DNA from: Octopus bimaculoides
Taxonomy: Eukaryota
Direction: 5' to 3'
Assembly (NCBI RefSeq): GCF_001194135.2
Contig: NC_068983.1
Coordinates: forward strand, 92,951,862 to 93,015,861
DNA: 64,000 nucleotides
Made by a program: the position numbers and the translations under genes. The notes beneath the pieces were generated by a model. The model saw nothing but the letters and a program-made list of their open reading frames with translations, had not been told where the DNA came from and did no database searches. Positions 13,313-26,900 of the stretch are shown here, piece by piece; position 1 is the stretch's first letter, and every line of letters begins with the position of its first letter.

Positions 13313-16300
13313 AATAATGTAAAAGTACTTAATAACATATTTGTTTTAGAAGTGTTTGTCATGTGTAAGATAAACATAATTACAATCCAAGACCTAAGGC
13401 TCTTGTGCAATCAACTTTATGCTCAAGAAGACATCAGCTGACTGACAGTAAAAAAAAATGTTTCATAAAGCTTGACTATTTTAAATGTCACTCAATACTA
13501 TTAGTTAACTATGTGATGTGAGATGTCAGGTATCATGCATTATACTGCAAGAAGGTCTGTCTGAAAGTTCACAAGTGGCAATCTAGGTATCTGCCAACAG
13601 GTTGAAGTTAGTTGCTTATTTTACTTGTTGTAAATGATATGAGATCTCTAGTTCATAGAGCTTTGATTCAGTCCTAACCTATTTACTGATTCTTATGATG
13701 AGTCTTATCACTGATGAGGGTTGCACTAAAAACTGTCTTTATATAGTGTATCTAGAGAAAATCAGCATGGTTGGGTTGGTTCTTGTTGAAAATATATCCA
13801 CAAGAGGAATTCGAAGTACAGCTGAAAATTAATAAAATGTCAATTCTATACTATTGCAGTCAACTTGATAATCTGATATTGAAGTTGCTGATTTTTCAGA
13901 GTTTGAAATATAAGTAAAGGAGTTGTGGTAGAAGTGTTTGTTTGTAAACTACATATTCTTGGTTCAAAACTGGCAGTAAGCAGACAAATGAAGCATTCTA
14001 GAGATATCTTTGCACTGCAAGCCCAGTTATACTACCTGAATGTTTCAATCCATGTTTAAGACAAAGAAGAAAAAGGGGGAAAAAAACACCTCTGTTTCAG
14101 AGATATGGTTAATATAAGGTGACATATTGGGTAGCTGGAGTTCAGTTGTATAAGCATATTTGGCTGCTGGAACAATGCTACCATACAGTCCAGATAACTA
14201 TAGCTTATGAAAACATGTTTACACTAACTCTCCTGAGTGGTATAACAGACTGATGCAGAGAACCCAGTGGTTCAAATATGGGTGACTAATAAAAAAGAGG
14301 TAGGAGTGAAGGCTTTTCATAGTTCTCTTGGCTTAACCTTATAACATTAAGAGATTTTGATGTGATTGTTTATTTTTAGAATGACATTGTAGGATAGGTG
14401 TGAGAGGCTAGATCTTGATGGTTTGACCATAAAACACATAGAATATTTGGGCTGAATATAGCTGGTTAAAATGTTGAGACTGATATGAGTAAACAGTCAG
14501 TGATATGAACAATAGTCAGTGATATATAAGTTACAGTTAGGTTTATTTTAGATGTAAATGAGGGCTGGATAATAAGTTGTAAATTTTGAGCTAATATCTA
14601 CATATTCTATCAACTTAGTCATCAGTGAGCTAATGTGGGACTGCTTCTAAATGACTGCACAGCCTGTTAGAAATAGCAGCTAAATATCCTTCACTTCACA
14701 TCCTGTCACCTTAAAAGATCATGAGGACATTAAATAATATAGTCCTAGATACCTATAAAAAAAGAGGATGGCCATGAATGGAATTGTCTTTGATCTTAGG
14801 TTTGCTGGGACTAAACAAACACAGTTAATGGGATGGATAAAGAAATTTGGAACAATTTAATATTTTCCAAGAGCTTTAAGAAGCTTTATGAAGGATAGGA
14901 TTTTATTATTTGCATTTTTCCCTTTTAGAACTTCAATTTTTCTGTTTACATACATTAGAAAAAAGAGGTAAATCACTTCTTTCTCCTGACATTCTGTTAC
15001 CATGTAGCAAGATATTCTTGGAATTACATTACATTGCAAAGATAATTATCAGCAATCCTTAATGACAGTTTTAGTACCCTTACAACCTTATTATACAAGA
15101 AGATATTTGTTCTTACATAAGCGAAGTAAAGAAAGCTGTTAACAATAGTAAAAATTGACAAACTATTAGAATTTTGTGTATTTCTATATTTGCATAAAAA
15201 ATGTTCAAAATAAGTAAGCACTTCCAAAGATATAGCAGAATTAAAATCATGATCTTGTGGTAAATAGCGTAGTATCTTAAACTCACAACCTCTCTACCTT
15301 AATTGGCATTAAAAACAAATTAAGATTTTTCTCATCTCATTGATTTCTGTTAAAATACAAAAATCTTCATAAACATTTTTGTATTTTTTTTTAACTGACT
15401 AATGTTCACATGGACAAGAATTGTATTCACAGATTCACTCATTTAATGGGATGATAAATGATCATGCTTGAAACTGAATTGGCTAGGCATAAAAAGGAAT
15501 AAATAAGAACACTACCATCAACACTAACTACAATAACAACAATAAAAACAAAAACGATGATGATGATGAAAAATCAAATAATTTTTCGTAGCTATCATCA
15601 TCACATCATGAAAATCATTATTATTTCTATCATCATTATTACTTAATCTGATAAAATTAAATTTCATCCTGTGAAAGAAAAACAGAACTAATAGCTGCAA
15701 CAAATTACATATCAGTGTCAGAGGCTCTCATCATTATAACTCAGAATCTAATGTGAAATGAATAAACTATAATTTTGTGGTATAAAATAAGAATAAGAAT
15801 TGAAGGGCATGAGATTAGATATGCTGAAAATAAATGGTATAATGGCTTGGAGGTTAACAGGTTACAGTACTGAACACATGGCTGAGAGTTCAAACTTTAC
15901 TACAATTACAGTACTATATTTTGTACAGTGTGGTATCTTAACTCTCATGTTTCTGTTTCCTTGGATGATAGTAGAATAAAAATTATAAGCAGCTATAAGA
16001 ATAACTGAACTATTAAATACAAATGTCCATATAAAATTTTATTCCATCTATCCATGCTGGTATAGAATGATGGATATAAAGCATTAAGAAAATAGTGCTG
16101 ATCTGATAATATGTTTTGAATCTTCAATGAAAATATATGCTGCCAAATGTTCTGAGTCAATCTGAAATGAAGGTACAATTACATCAACCACAGTACTTGA
16201 CTGTTACTTATGTTATCAACTTTAGAGGAATAAAGGCTAAGTTGACCACAGCTGGATTTGAACTCAGAATATAAAGAACTGGAACAAAAGCCGCAAGACA

Positions 16301-16755
16301 GTTTATCTGAAGCTCTTGTGATTCTGTCAATCTATTGTCCTAATAACAATTATTTCCAACACTGGCACAAGGTCAGAAAATTAGGTTGTGGGGGAGCAAT
16401 TCTTGTATTAGCAACTCTTGTATCAGCTGGTATTTTATCAGCCCTAGAAGGATGAAAGGAAAAGTTGACCATGATGGGATTTGAACTTAAAATAAAGTGC
16501 TGGAACAAACATCATAAAGAATATTGTCCATCACTTTAACAATCTTGCTAAATCAATGTCCTTGATGATAATAGTCCTTTCTCCTAAAGGTACAAGGCCT
16601 GAAATTTTGGGTGAAGGGACTAGTTGATTACTTCGACCCCAGTGTTTCACTGATACTTAAGTTATTGACCTTGAAAGGATGAAAGGTAAAGTTGACCTCA
16701 GTAGAATTTGAACTCAGACAAAATACCACTAAGCATTTTGCTTGGCATGCTAACA

Positions 16756-17686
16756 AGATGAAGAACAAAAAATAAACAATCGGAAAATGAAAACAATGCA
16801 TGGGCAACACCTCAGGGAAATAGAAGGGAAAAACAAGACCAACACCTGGAAATAGCTAAGAAAAAGTGATCTGAAAGGATGCATTGAGGCACTGATGTGC
16901 AATGCCCAGGAACAAGACCTGAGAAATACTTACACTAAATTCCAAATACATAAGAGAGTGGATCACCCCTTTGTAGGATGTATGGCAGCAAAAATGAAAC
17001 CATCTCACATATTGTGAGTGAGTGTAGTAAGCTGGCCCAAAAACTCTACAAAGGGAGGCATGATATTGTAGCTAAGTTTATTTACTGGAGGCTGTATGAA
17101 AAATACAGTCTGGGCACAATACAGAAATGGTACAAACATAAACTAGAGGGCACCACTGAGAACAATGAATATAAGATCTTGTGGGATTTTAAAATCCAAT
17201 GTGACTCCCCAATCGATGCTTGGAGACCAGACATTGTTGTGGCAGATAAAAGAAAAAAGGAAACCAAGATTATAGATACTAATATACCTGGGGATGCATG
17301 CATAGATGACAAAGAGCTGGAAAAGATGGGAAAATACAGACTACTAAAAGATAAGTTGCAAGAATGTGGGCAATGAGGAGTAACTGTTATCCCAGTAGTT
17401 GTAGGGATACTTGGAGCACTATCAACCAAGTTCGAGAAATTGGAATTGACATGAGGGCAGAGCAGGCCCAAAAAACTACTCTACTGGGGGACACCTAGGA
17501 TTCTGAGATAGGTGTTTGGGTGTTGGGTGTCTTCCACAATAAGTTAACATCCAGGTATCAAAGCTTATAATTTGTTGAAAGAGACCCTGTGAGACCTCTG
17601 ACAATAGGTTACTGCCTGCTCTCAAAGAATCAAGGAGAGCAAGTAAGACAGAGTTCTGAGAAGTAAAATAATAATAATAATAATAA
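16756..17686 (+). mobile_element. R4/Dong-type non-LTR retrotransposon 3' fragment with restriction-like endonuclease
   Basis: ORF 16978..17376 and flanks show a degenerate CCHC knuckle (CRMYG..ETISHIVSEC), RHD, ILWDFKIQ, RPDIVV..IID.NIPGD...KELEK..KY and VIPVVVGILG. The 3' UTR ends in (AAT)7. Confidence 0.85.
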
Positions 17687-17870
17687 TTCTTTCTACTATA
17701 GGCACAAAGCCTCAAATTTTGGCGGAGGGAATTGTCAATTACATTAACCCCAGTGCTCAACTGGCACATACTTTATTGACCCCAAAAGAATGAATGGCCA
17801 ATTTGGCATTGGTGGAATCTGAACTCAGAATGTAAAGCTAGAAAAAATAATAATAATAATAATAATAATA

Positions 17871-18179
17871 TAGATATGACAGATTAGCTTGGGAGGTTAA
17901 GCAGTTGTGGTTGATGAAAAAGGTGGTAGTAGTACCAATAATTATTGGAGCCCTGGGAACAGTGAGCAAAAATCTTGAGAAGTACATGGAACAAATAGGG
18001 GCTGCAATAAGGGTGGAGCACTTTCAGAAAACAGCACTGCTTGGAACCACTCGAATACTCTGGAAAGTGCTCAAAAAATAAGAGGTGTTACCTTAGTTCA
18101 CTGGTAGCGAACAGCTGACACTGTAGTACATCTCCAGCATTAGAAGCTGTGTAAAGGCAATAATAATAATAATAATAAT
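17871..18179 (+). mobile_element. Second R4/Dong-type 3' fragment flanked on both sides by (AAT)n
   Basis: Frame 17872..18081 reads RYDRLAWEVKQLWLMKKVVVVPIIIGALGTVSKNLEKYMEQIG..FQKTALLGTTRILWKVLKK*. (AAT)8 lies upstream and (AAT)7 downstream; the 3' UTR differs from the first fragment. Confidence 0.85.
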
Positions 18180-19449
18180 CCTTTCTATTAAAGGCACAAG
18201 GACTGAAATTTGTGGGGAGGGGACTAGTCAGTTACATTGACCCCAATGTTTCAGTGATACTTAATTTCCTGACTTTGAAAGGATGAAATGCAAAGCCAAC
18301 CTTAGCAACAATTGAATTCAGAACATAAAGGCTGGTAAAATGCCACTAAGTATTTTGCCAGGCGTGCTAACGATTCCGCCAGCTTGCCATCTTTGTAGTA
18401 GAAGTGGTAGTAATAATAATAATAATAATAATGATTTCAAATTTTGGTACAAGGCCAGCAATTTTGGGAAGCGGGTAATTCAATTTCATTAACATCAGTA
18501 CTTGGCTAAAGCGAAATCAACCTCAGTGGAATGTGAACTCAGAACATAGAGATGGATGAAATGCCACAAATTATTTTGTCAGGAATGCTAATGATTCTGC
18601 TATTTTGCCACCTTTGTAGTAATAATAGTAGTAATAATAGTAGTAATAATAACCCCAAAAGTATGAAAGGCAAAGTCAAACTTGGTGGAATTTGAACTCA
18701 GAGCAGATTGACGGGCGAAATACTGCTAAGCATTTCGTCCAGTGTGCTAATGATTCTGCTAGCTTGCTGCCTTAATAGTAATAATGATAATAATAATAAT
18801 AATAATAATAATAAGAAGAAGAAGAAGAAGAATCCTTTTTATTATAGGTACAAGACCAGAAATTTTGGAGGAGTAGAGAACTGACTACCTTGACCCCCTG
18901 TGCTCAACTGGTACCTATTTCATCAACCCTGAAAGGATAAAAGGTAGAGTTGACCTCGTGGAATTTGAACTCAGAATGTAATGATGGATGAAATGCCACT
19001 AAGCATTTTGTCTGGCATGCTATTGATTTTGCCAGTTAGCTGTCTTTATTGTTATAATAATAATAATAATAATAATATAATGGTCTCAAATTTTTCCACA
19101 AGGGCAGCAATTTTGGGGGAGGGGATGAGTCGATTACAACAGCCTCAGCCTACAACTGGTATTTATTTTATTGACCCTGAAAGGACGAAAGGCAAAGTTG
19201 ACCTTGGTAGAATTTGAATTCAGAACATAGCAACAGGCGAAATATTGCTAAGCATTTCGCCCAACATGCTAACAATGGCATATGGAAAGTATGTGAATTC
19301 ATTATTGACAAAGTAAGAACTATAGATACACAAATATTTTTAGAAAAAATATAAAAATACAATTTTGCTCGATGGTTTCGTGTATGATGATATCCATGCA
19401 CTAAACTACCATGTGATATATTCTAGATGTTGATAATTACAGACATGAT

Positions 19450-20060
19450 ATTGTATGTATGTATGTATGTATGTATGTATGTATATATATAATTATATAT
19501 ATATATGTATGTGTGTGTATGTGTGTGTGAGTGTGTGTGTGTGTGAATATGTAGATGTGTATGGCTGTAAGTGCATTGTGTATATATATATATGTGTGTA
19601 TTTGCATGTGTGTGTCTGTACGTACGTATATGCGTGTGTGTTGTGCGTATGAATGTGTGTGTGAGTGTGTGTATTTGAGTGTGTGTATGTGAGCATGTGT
19701 ATGTGAGTGTGTGTATGTGAGTGTGTGTATGTGAGTGTGTGTATGTGAGTGTGTGTATGGGAGTGTGTGTGTGTGCTTGTACAAATACACGCATAAGTAT
19801 GAACTGCTGTAAATGCATTGTGCATATATATATGTAATTGCGTGTGTTTGTGCGTATGTGCGTGTGAATGTTTGTGATTGTGTCCAAGTAAATGCGTAGA
19901 TGTGGACGGTTGTAAGTGCCTATATGTAAATGGATATCTGTGACTATATTTTTGTACGCATATTTATAGTGCCTGTGCATGTGGTAAATATGTATGTACA
20001 GGTGTATATTTCTGGATGCGTATGCGCATAAGCACTTTAAGTGTGTGAGTATTTGTGTTT
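19450..20060. repeat. Compound TG/TA-rich microsatellite including a 14-bp GTATGTGAGTGTGT tandem
   Basis: Directly visible; it generates the spurious His/Thr-rich ORFs 19423..19980. Confidence 0.95.
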
Positions 20061-20519
20061 ATATGCTCATATATGTGTGAAAAAGAGGCGGAGAAAATTA
20101 CTTTGGGATATCTTGGCAATGCAATGCAATAATTTATTTAAAAAAAGGCTACCTTGCAGCTCTCTTAGGATAGCGTTTACTGCACACGTATATTAGAGTA
20201 CATGTATCTACCTATCAACCATCTACACCTGCAGTCATTTATCTACATGTAGTAATACTCTGTTACTCACTTCTCTTTCTTTGTTTCTGTCGCTTTCTCA
20301 TTCTCTGTCTATCTCTTTCTGTAAGCGTGTTTATGTGAGTATGTAGATACGTACGTATTCGTGCATATGATATATAAACTTACATAAGTAAACAGGAGCG
20401 CATACCTTCACAAACAGTGCATAAGATATGAAATATAAAGATATAATATATATATATATATATATTATATATTATTATTATTATTATGATTGACCGTTGA
20501 CTGGACACTATTCAATTTT

Positions 20520-20619
20520 NNNNNNNNNNNNNNNNNNNNNNNNNNNNNNNNNNNNNNNNNNNNNNNNNNNNNNNNNNNNNNNNNNNNNNNNNNNNNNNNN
20601 NNNNNNNNNNNNNNNNNNN
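20520..20619. other. Assembly gap (100 N)
   Basis: Run of N. Confidence 1.
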
Positions 20620-21195
20620 TATATGTCTGTACTGTAAGAACATTCATATTTGAATAAACTGAGTTATGATACCCAACTAGGTTGAAATCACAAGACATCA
20701 GACTGGTTATAGGATCTGCAGATTCTTTCCAAGGGCAAAATCATAATGGGTTGTTTCAATTAAAGTGAAGAATATATTCACTATTGTTATGTCTGTCTGT
20801 CTCTCTGTCACATGAATATTAAATGATCAGTGTGATGAAAATTATAATTAAGATGAGAATAATGACCATGATAGGAGTAATGTGATGAGAACAAAGACTG
20901 TGATGAAAATAATTATAAAAATGATGACAGCAATGATAATAATGATCATTATTATATGATCACAATCATGAGATTAAAAGCAAAGGAAGACATAAATTAG
21001 AAAAACCATACATATATATTTCTAATCTTGTCAGTGTAGTAGTTCACAAGTAAGAATGAACTCAATATTAAAAACAGAATATTGTATACTTAGATTCATT
21101 TGTATTCTTAGAACATCGACACAGTGATTTCTTCTCTGATGAAGTTTAATGAATCCATGTTTTACTGAATCACAGTGACCATGATGTAAGCATAT

Positions 21196-21197
<2 letters not shown>

Positions 21198-21280
<83 letters not shown>
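21198..21280. repeat. (GA)n microsatellite, ~41 units
   Basis: Directly visible. Confidence 0.98.
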
Positions 21281-21286
<6 letters not shown>

Positions 21287-22002
21287 TGTAAAATATTCTG
21301 AGATAAAAATTGATAAAATCTTTTCTGTTTACTGTTCTTTATATCTTTAAGCCTCTCTCTCCACTTATTTATGTTGCTACAGTTTAATTAAAGTGACATA
21401 TTTACAAACATTTAGACATACAGAAGCCCATCAGCCTGCACAGCACCTACACCCACACACTAACAGAAATAGCATCTCTAACACTTTCATCCCGATCTAC
21501 AAAACTACCATTCTCACAATCAACATCAATACTCCTGTCAATGGTATCACTTTCAATCAATCCATGCCAATATGAGACCATACCACCATCAACCCTGCTA
21601 CCAAATACAACTATCATCTTCATCTTTTTTCTGTACCCATAACCCTTTTACTGTGGAAATCAGATATATCCACTCAAAATTACATTACTCTTAACTGTAG
21701 AAAGCAGCTTTATATACCAATTTTTCTTCTTTTTTTTTGAGGAATGTCACGTTTGAAACTATTTTTCACTGAGATATATCAAGTTTATTGAAGCAATATA
21801 ACTTACAGAAAATACCAATTCTATTTTTCGGTAGATATCTAACAGCATTACTGGAATAACCATGACATTTAATTTCACAGACTTAAAGAGTAGCTCTCCA
21901 TGTAAGAGATGTGCACTCAAAACTAGTTGCAATACAAATTACCAACATCATCACCTCAGCCAACGACAGTCCACATTCATACTAATACCTTATGAAACTC
22001 AC

Positions 22003-22099
22003 CATTTCTGCCAATGTACATGATAGCTGGTTTGTCAAGGATAGAGTCAACTTGGTCTCCCACATTTGATTTAAAAATTGCAGGTTCATAATTATCCAC
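22003..22099 (-). CDS. Nrx-IV: Nrx-IV-like exon (97 nt), laminin-G
   Basis: Acceptor ttttttttag|GTG, donor AAT G|gtgagt. Translation VDNYEPAIFKSNVGDQVDSILDKPAIMYIGRN; phase 0-1, matching the previous exon. Confidence 0.9.
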
Positions 22100-23869
22100 C
22101 TAAAAAAAAAAAAAGAAAAAAATCAAGAAAACCAATCAGTAAACCTATCTCTTGTAGCAGACAATAGATTAGACAAAAACAACTCACTTTGGCTCCATGA
22201 TATAAACAATACACATACATTAATTAAATCATCTCTCTATGTGGGTGAATATGAAAGCTGTATTGTATATAACTGAGCACAAGACTTCATAAATATGCAT
22301 ACATACATGATCCTGTGTTCATTACCAACTGAGTGAGTGAGTGTGTGTGTGTGAATTATATATGTATACATATATACATACACACAGATATACATATACA
22401 TAGGAGTGTACACATACATACACAAAATCATATTCCTCACCATAATGTGTACACAACTCTCTTTATCATTATTACTTTGATTTTAATCAAAGATGTATTA
22501 GATGTGTATGTCTGTATATATGTGTATATATATATTTGTGATTATATATATATAAATGCAGTCATGCCAGTGTTGCATTAACCCACCTGTGTAGGTGGTA
22601 CATAAACTGCACCAGCACACTTTATAAAGCGGTTGGTGTTAGGAAGAGCATCTAACCATAGAGACCATGCCACAACTGACAACTGGAGTCTGGCCAGCCT
22701 ATCATGCCAGCATGGAAAACAGACATTAACTGATGATGATGATGATGATACATATATCATATAGGGTGTCCAGTCTAAATTTGATGATCTTTTTATATCT
22801 CCTTTTTTCAGGAACACATACACGTATATATATATATATATATATATATGTTCTTTTATCCTTTTATTTATTTCAGCTATGCTGGGGCATTGCCTTGAAG
22901 AAATATTATGTTCTTGGAAAGAGGTGAAGGTTGCCAACAGGAAGGGTATACGGCTATAGAAAATTTGCCTCAATGAATTCTGTCTGATTCATCAAACATG
23001 GAAAAATTGACATTAAAATGATGATAATGTTAATCGTGTGTGTGTGTACAGATAGACACATAGACACAACATGCATCTACATACATATATCATCATCATA
23101 AACACACAAACACAGATAAATCTACTGAAGCATATAAAAAATACACAACACTTAAAATTCTCAACTAAAGGTTGTTGGTGGGTGTCTGTGTGAAAACATC
23201 TTTATGTGTCTGTATGAATATGCGCATATTCAAATATATGTTACAACACATGGGTATCTAAGATGTAGCTGCATGTCTGTAAATGAGCGTGTGTGTGTGT
23301 GTTTGTGTATGTGTGTGTGTATGGTGTGTTTGTGTGTGTGTATACATTAACTAGCTGAAGCTGCATAAATATAGTAGCTGCATGTGTGCGTTAAAATTTA
23401 ATATCAAAAGAAATACACCAACATCTCTAATCAAAATTAATCCAATAATTGATATTTATGAGATACATCAATAAAATTTCATTGTCAATGTGGAGTTTTT
23501 AAATAGATTTTTCACACTAATGTTTTTCTAAACTTATTCTAATGTTTCCTATGTTTTGCCTGCAATATTTTGAAGAGGTGGAGGAGGAGGAGACGATGAC
23601 AATGACAACAACAATAGTGGTTTCAAATGTTGGCACAAGGCCAGCAGTTTTGGGAGAGGGACTAAGTTGATTACATCAACCCCAGAGCTCAATTGGTACT
23701 TATTTTAACCTCAAAAGGATGAAAGGTAAAGTTGACCTCAGAACATGAAGACAGACAAAATGCTGCTAAGCATTTAGCCCAGTATGCTAACAATTATGCC
23801 AGCTTGCTGCCTTAATAATAATAATGCTTTCAAATTTTGATACAAAGCTAGTCATTTGTGGGGGAGAGG

Positions 23870-23900
<31 letters not shown>

Positions 23901-26900
23901 CAACAACAACAAAACAAAATCTTTGCATTGCTGTCCTTGACATTTTGGTTCCCTCTAATATAGAGAAAAAAAATCATTTCAGTAACACTCTAAACTGATT
24001 ATGAATAATTATCACACATTATACTCCAAAGCATAAAGGCAGTTTATTTGTGTTCTCCCTATCCTCGTACAATTGTCACAGCTAAGTCAAGTCTGCTGCT
24101 TCTGTTTAGCATCAGATCAGTTGTGATGGAGCAGACCTGTAATCTGAAGCATTCCAGCTAAGACCATTCCATCTTTCTGTATATTAGAGACTATCTTGCC
24201 CAATGTGTCCTTTCCTTAGTTAAAATGAGTGTTATTTCAGAGAGATCATTTTGCCATTTTTAGGTTGAGCAACAGAATAAGTTCCTCTACTGGTTGTGAT
24301 TTTGCCCATTGTTTGTTTTATTTATGGAGCCTAGATTTCTAAGTTCATCACTAACTACTTTTATAACAAGTTTTTTTCTTATCAACTACAGAAGCTGCTC
24401 TCAATATCTAACTTAAAGTATTCCTTCATCTTACTAACACATAGAATTTGTAAAACTGCACTGAAAGTCATTTGTTAGTTTTACCTGCAGAGCATGTAAC
24501 ATAGAATATGAATTTATCAATAGGAACGTAAGTAACTTTGGGCTATCATATACCTTGTACTTTCACTTAGTAATTCATACAATTAAATCAATATCTCAAT
24601 TTGCAACTACACTGAGTCAAATATGATAGATCATATTGACCAGTCTTGCTATCTTAAATGAAACATAATAGTCAAATATTTCTTAAGAAATTAAATGTCA
24701 CCTTGAATATGAACTAGCCAGCTGTACACTTTCTCTATCTAGGCCCACAAATCCTATTCATCTATCCTCCTACCATTAACTTTACTGTTTCACCTCTCAT
24801 ACCCCAGACTAAACACTTCTCCCAATCCCTTTTTCTCAGAAGGCAGTTTACTCTGGAATTTCCTCTCTGTCCAAGAATTTTTCAATAGCTGTTCAAGTAA
24901 AATACCAACTACATCAAAATCATCAGTCTGTAACTACCTTGTCAAATAGATGTTTTGTTGATGATTGTTGTTATTACAAACAGAAAAAGAAAATATGAGA
25001 GAAATGTAGGTATGACATTAGTTCAATGTGGTAAAAGGATGAAAATAAACCATTTTTAAGATATGGTTGATGAAGTAATGGAACAAAATATCACCGATTC
25101 TTGACAAACCATCCTTTCATGGATTACAGAATAGTTCAAAACTAAGACCGACCTGCATTCTTATGTGCCGCCCTCTGTTAGAAATTTTGATGCTCACTAC
25201 ATGCTGCTGGTTATTAGTATAATCTATGTCTTGGTTCTTTGTGTTCAGTTCATCACGACCAAAGCCAACATCAAATGCCATTTTAACACCACCTGTAAGA
25301 TAGAAAACATAAATAGAAAATAGACAAAAAGAAATATTTGAAGAAAGTATGTTTCTAAAAAACTAGTAGTAGTACACTCAGATGTTTTTTCTTCTATATA
25401 GCTTGAGAAGTCTAAAACTCCTGCAAATATAGCAGAAACACTTTCTGTATACTGTTGGGTTTGTTTTATTATCCAATTTACTAGATGTAACACTACCTTA
25501 TTGGAACCATGAGGTGACAGTCTTTGATATTTTTATCAGGGAACAAAGGAAAAGATCAGGTGAGCATAAGAGGTAGGTAAACAGGAGTGAGAAGGCCTTA
25601 TAGTGGTGTAGTAACGCTGTGCGCATGCGTAGTCTCACGCATGCGTGGAATTAAACAACCAAGCGTTCCCGCTCAATTCATTCTCTTTCTTGCTGGCCAG
25701 CAATAGAGCATGGACGTGTTTAGTTGTCACTCTCCATCTTTCGGACTTACACTCGACAGCTCGCTTACATCTACATAACAACGTCCCAACAACTATGCTC
25801 ACACACATAGAAGCTGTAACAACAAGAGCTAAAGATGTATATATTTGCTACCTAAATAAATGTTGTATAAGTTGATAGTCTGGAGTTCAGCGTTCCGTTT
25901 ATATTCTATAATTTTATATAGGAAAGTCAGGTATACATCTAATGATGTATAACCATCTTTCCTATACTGGTGACCCCGACGTGATTCGAACACGAAGCCC
26001 GCTGAGCTGCAATAACCCACTTTCTTATAAAGTGGTGATTCGACGAAGAAAAAACGCAGCATGGACTCTGGACTACCAACTTATAACTGGTGAACCCGAC
26101 TAAAGAACAAATGCGGCCATGGAGACTGAACTACGTATTACCAACATCTCCAACCATAGTCAACACGACTCAACAAGCGCGGTTTTTATTCTCGCCTCTG
26201 TTAGGGTGGATGTTTCCACTCACGATAAACAGACAAGAATTACAGCCTGCGACTTTCCAATTGTGTACTCAAAGAACTTGGTATAAATCTCTCACGTGTT
26301 CTGACTTTCTTTCTGCTGTGATATCTCACATACATATAGACGGCCTTTTTTATTATGTTCTTATATGTCGCTTTCACACTTTCACATACACATACATCTT
26401 TTATGCCACACAATAACTCTTGTTATTCATTTCATATGGTTGTCTTTTTCTATTGTCTCATTACTGGTATTTACGAAATCTATGTTACCGTAGTATAACA
26501 TAATTACTTGTATATCATCTTTGATATATATTTTGGTGTTCGACCGTGTGACACGTTTAAATAAAAGGAGTCCTCTGTTTTTCCATCTGTCACCATTTCT
26601 CCTTTTTGAGTTCGCACGGTCGTTTTTTCATCTTGGGTTAAGAAAATTTTCTTCGAGGTTTTCGCTAATGGTCGTACAGAGATTTGTCTGTCGACTGTCT
26701 GTAAATGTGTACCTCTTCAAACACTCATCACCAAACAGCCTTTTTCGCCACCAGCTTCGTTCAACCAAGATTACCACCGTGACGACAACAATTACTACTA
26801 CCAACTACAAGCATTCCCCCCGACGTCGCCAAGTTTCAACAGATCATTACCACCACACATACAGAACACAGCTATAGCAGTTCCTGCGCCGACGTCTTCA

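Larger units (their letters stand above)
16200..19275 (-). mobile_element. Tandem stack of about nine co-oriented SINE copies separated by (AAT)n, interrupted by two RLE-type LINE fragments
   Basis: The motif AAGG.AAAGT.GACCT..G.GGAATTTGAACTCAGAA (or a degenerate form) recurs near 16240, 16460, 16690, 17800, 18290, 18520, 18675, 18945 and 19195; (AAT)n tracts lie between most copies. Confidence 0.85.

Noticed and set aside
13690-13825. Candidate minus-strand exon after a good acceptor (ttttcag)
   Set aside because: The phase-1 frame has no Neurexin/Caspr similarity and stops before a credible donor.
19423-19980. Long His/Thr-rich and Val/Cys-rich ORFs
   Set aside because: Translations of a compound TG/TA microsatellite.
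25968-26040. tRNA-Trp gene on the minus strand
   Set aside because: Only the 3' 27 nt match. There is no D arm or 5' acceptor strand, and the encoded CCA argues for a PBS or retrocopy.
26090-26416. gag ORF after the PBS
   Set aside because: Neither the listed ORF nor the alternative METELRITNIS frame (~55 aa) shows recognisable capsid or zinc-knuckle motifs.
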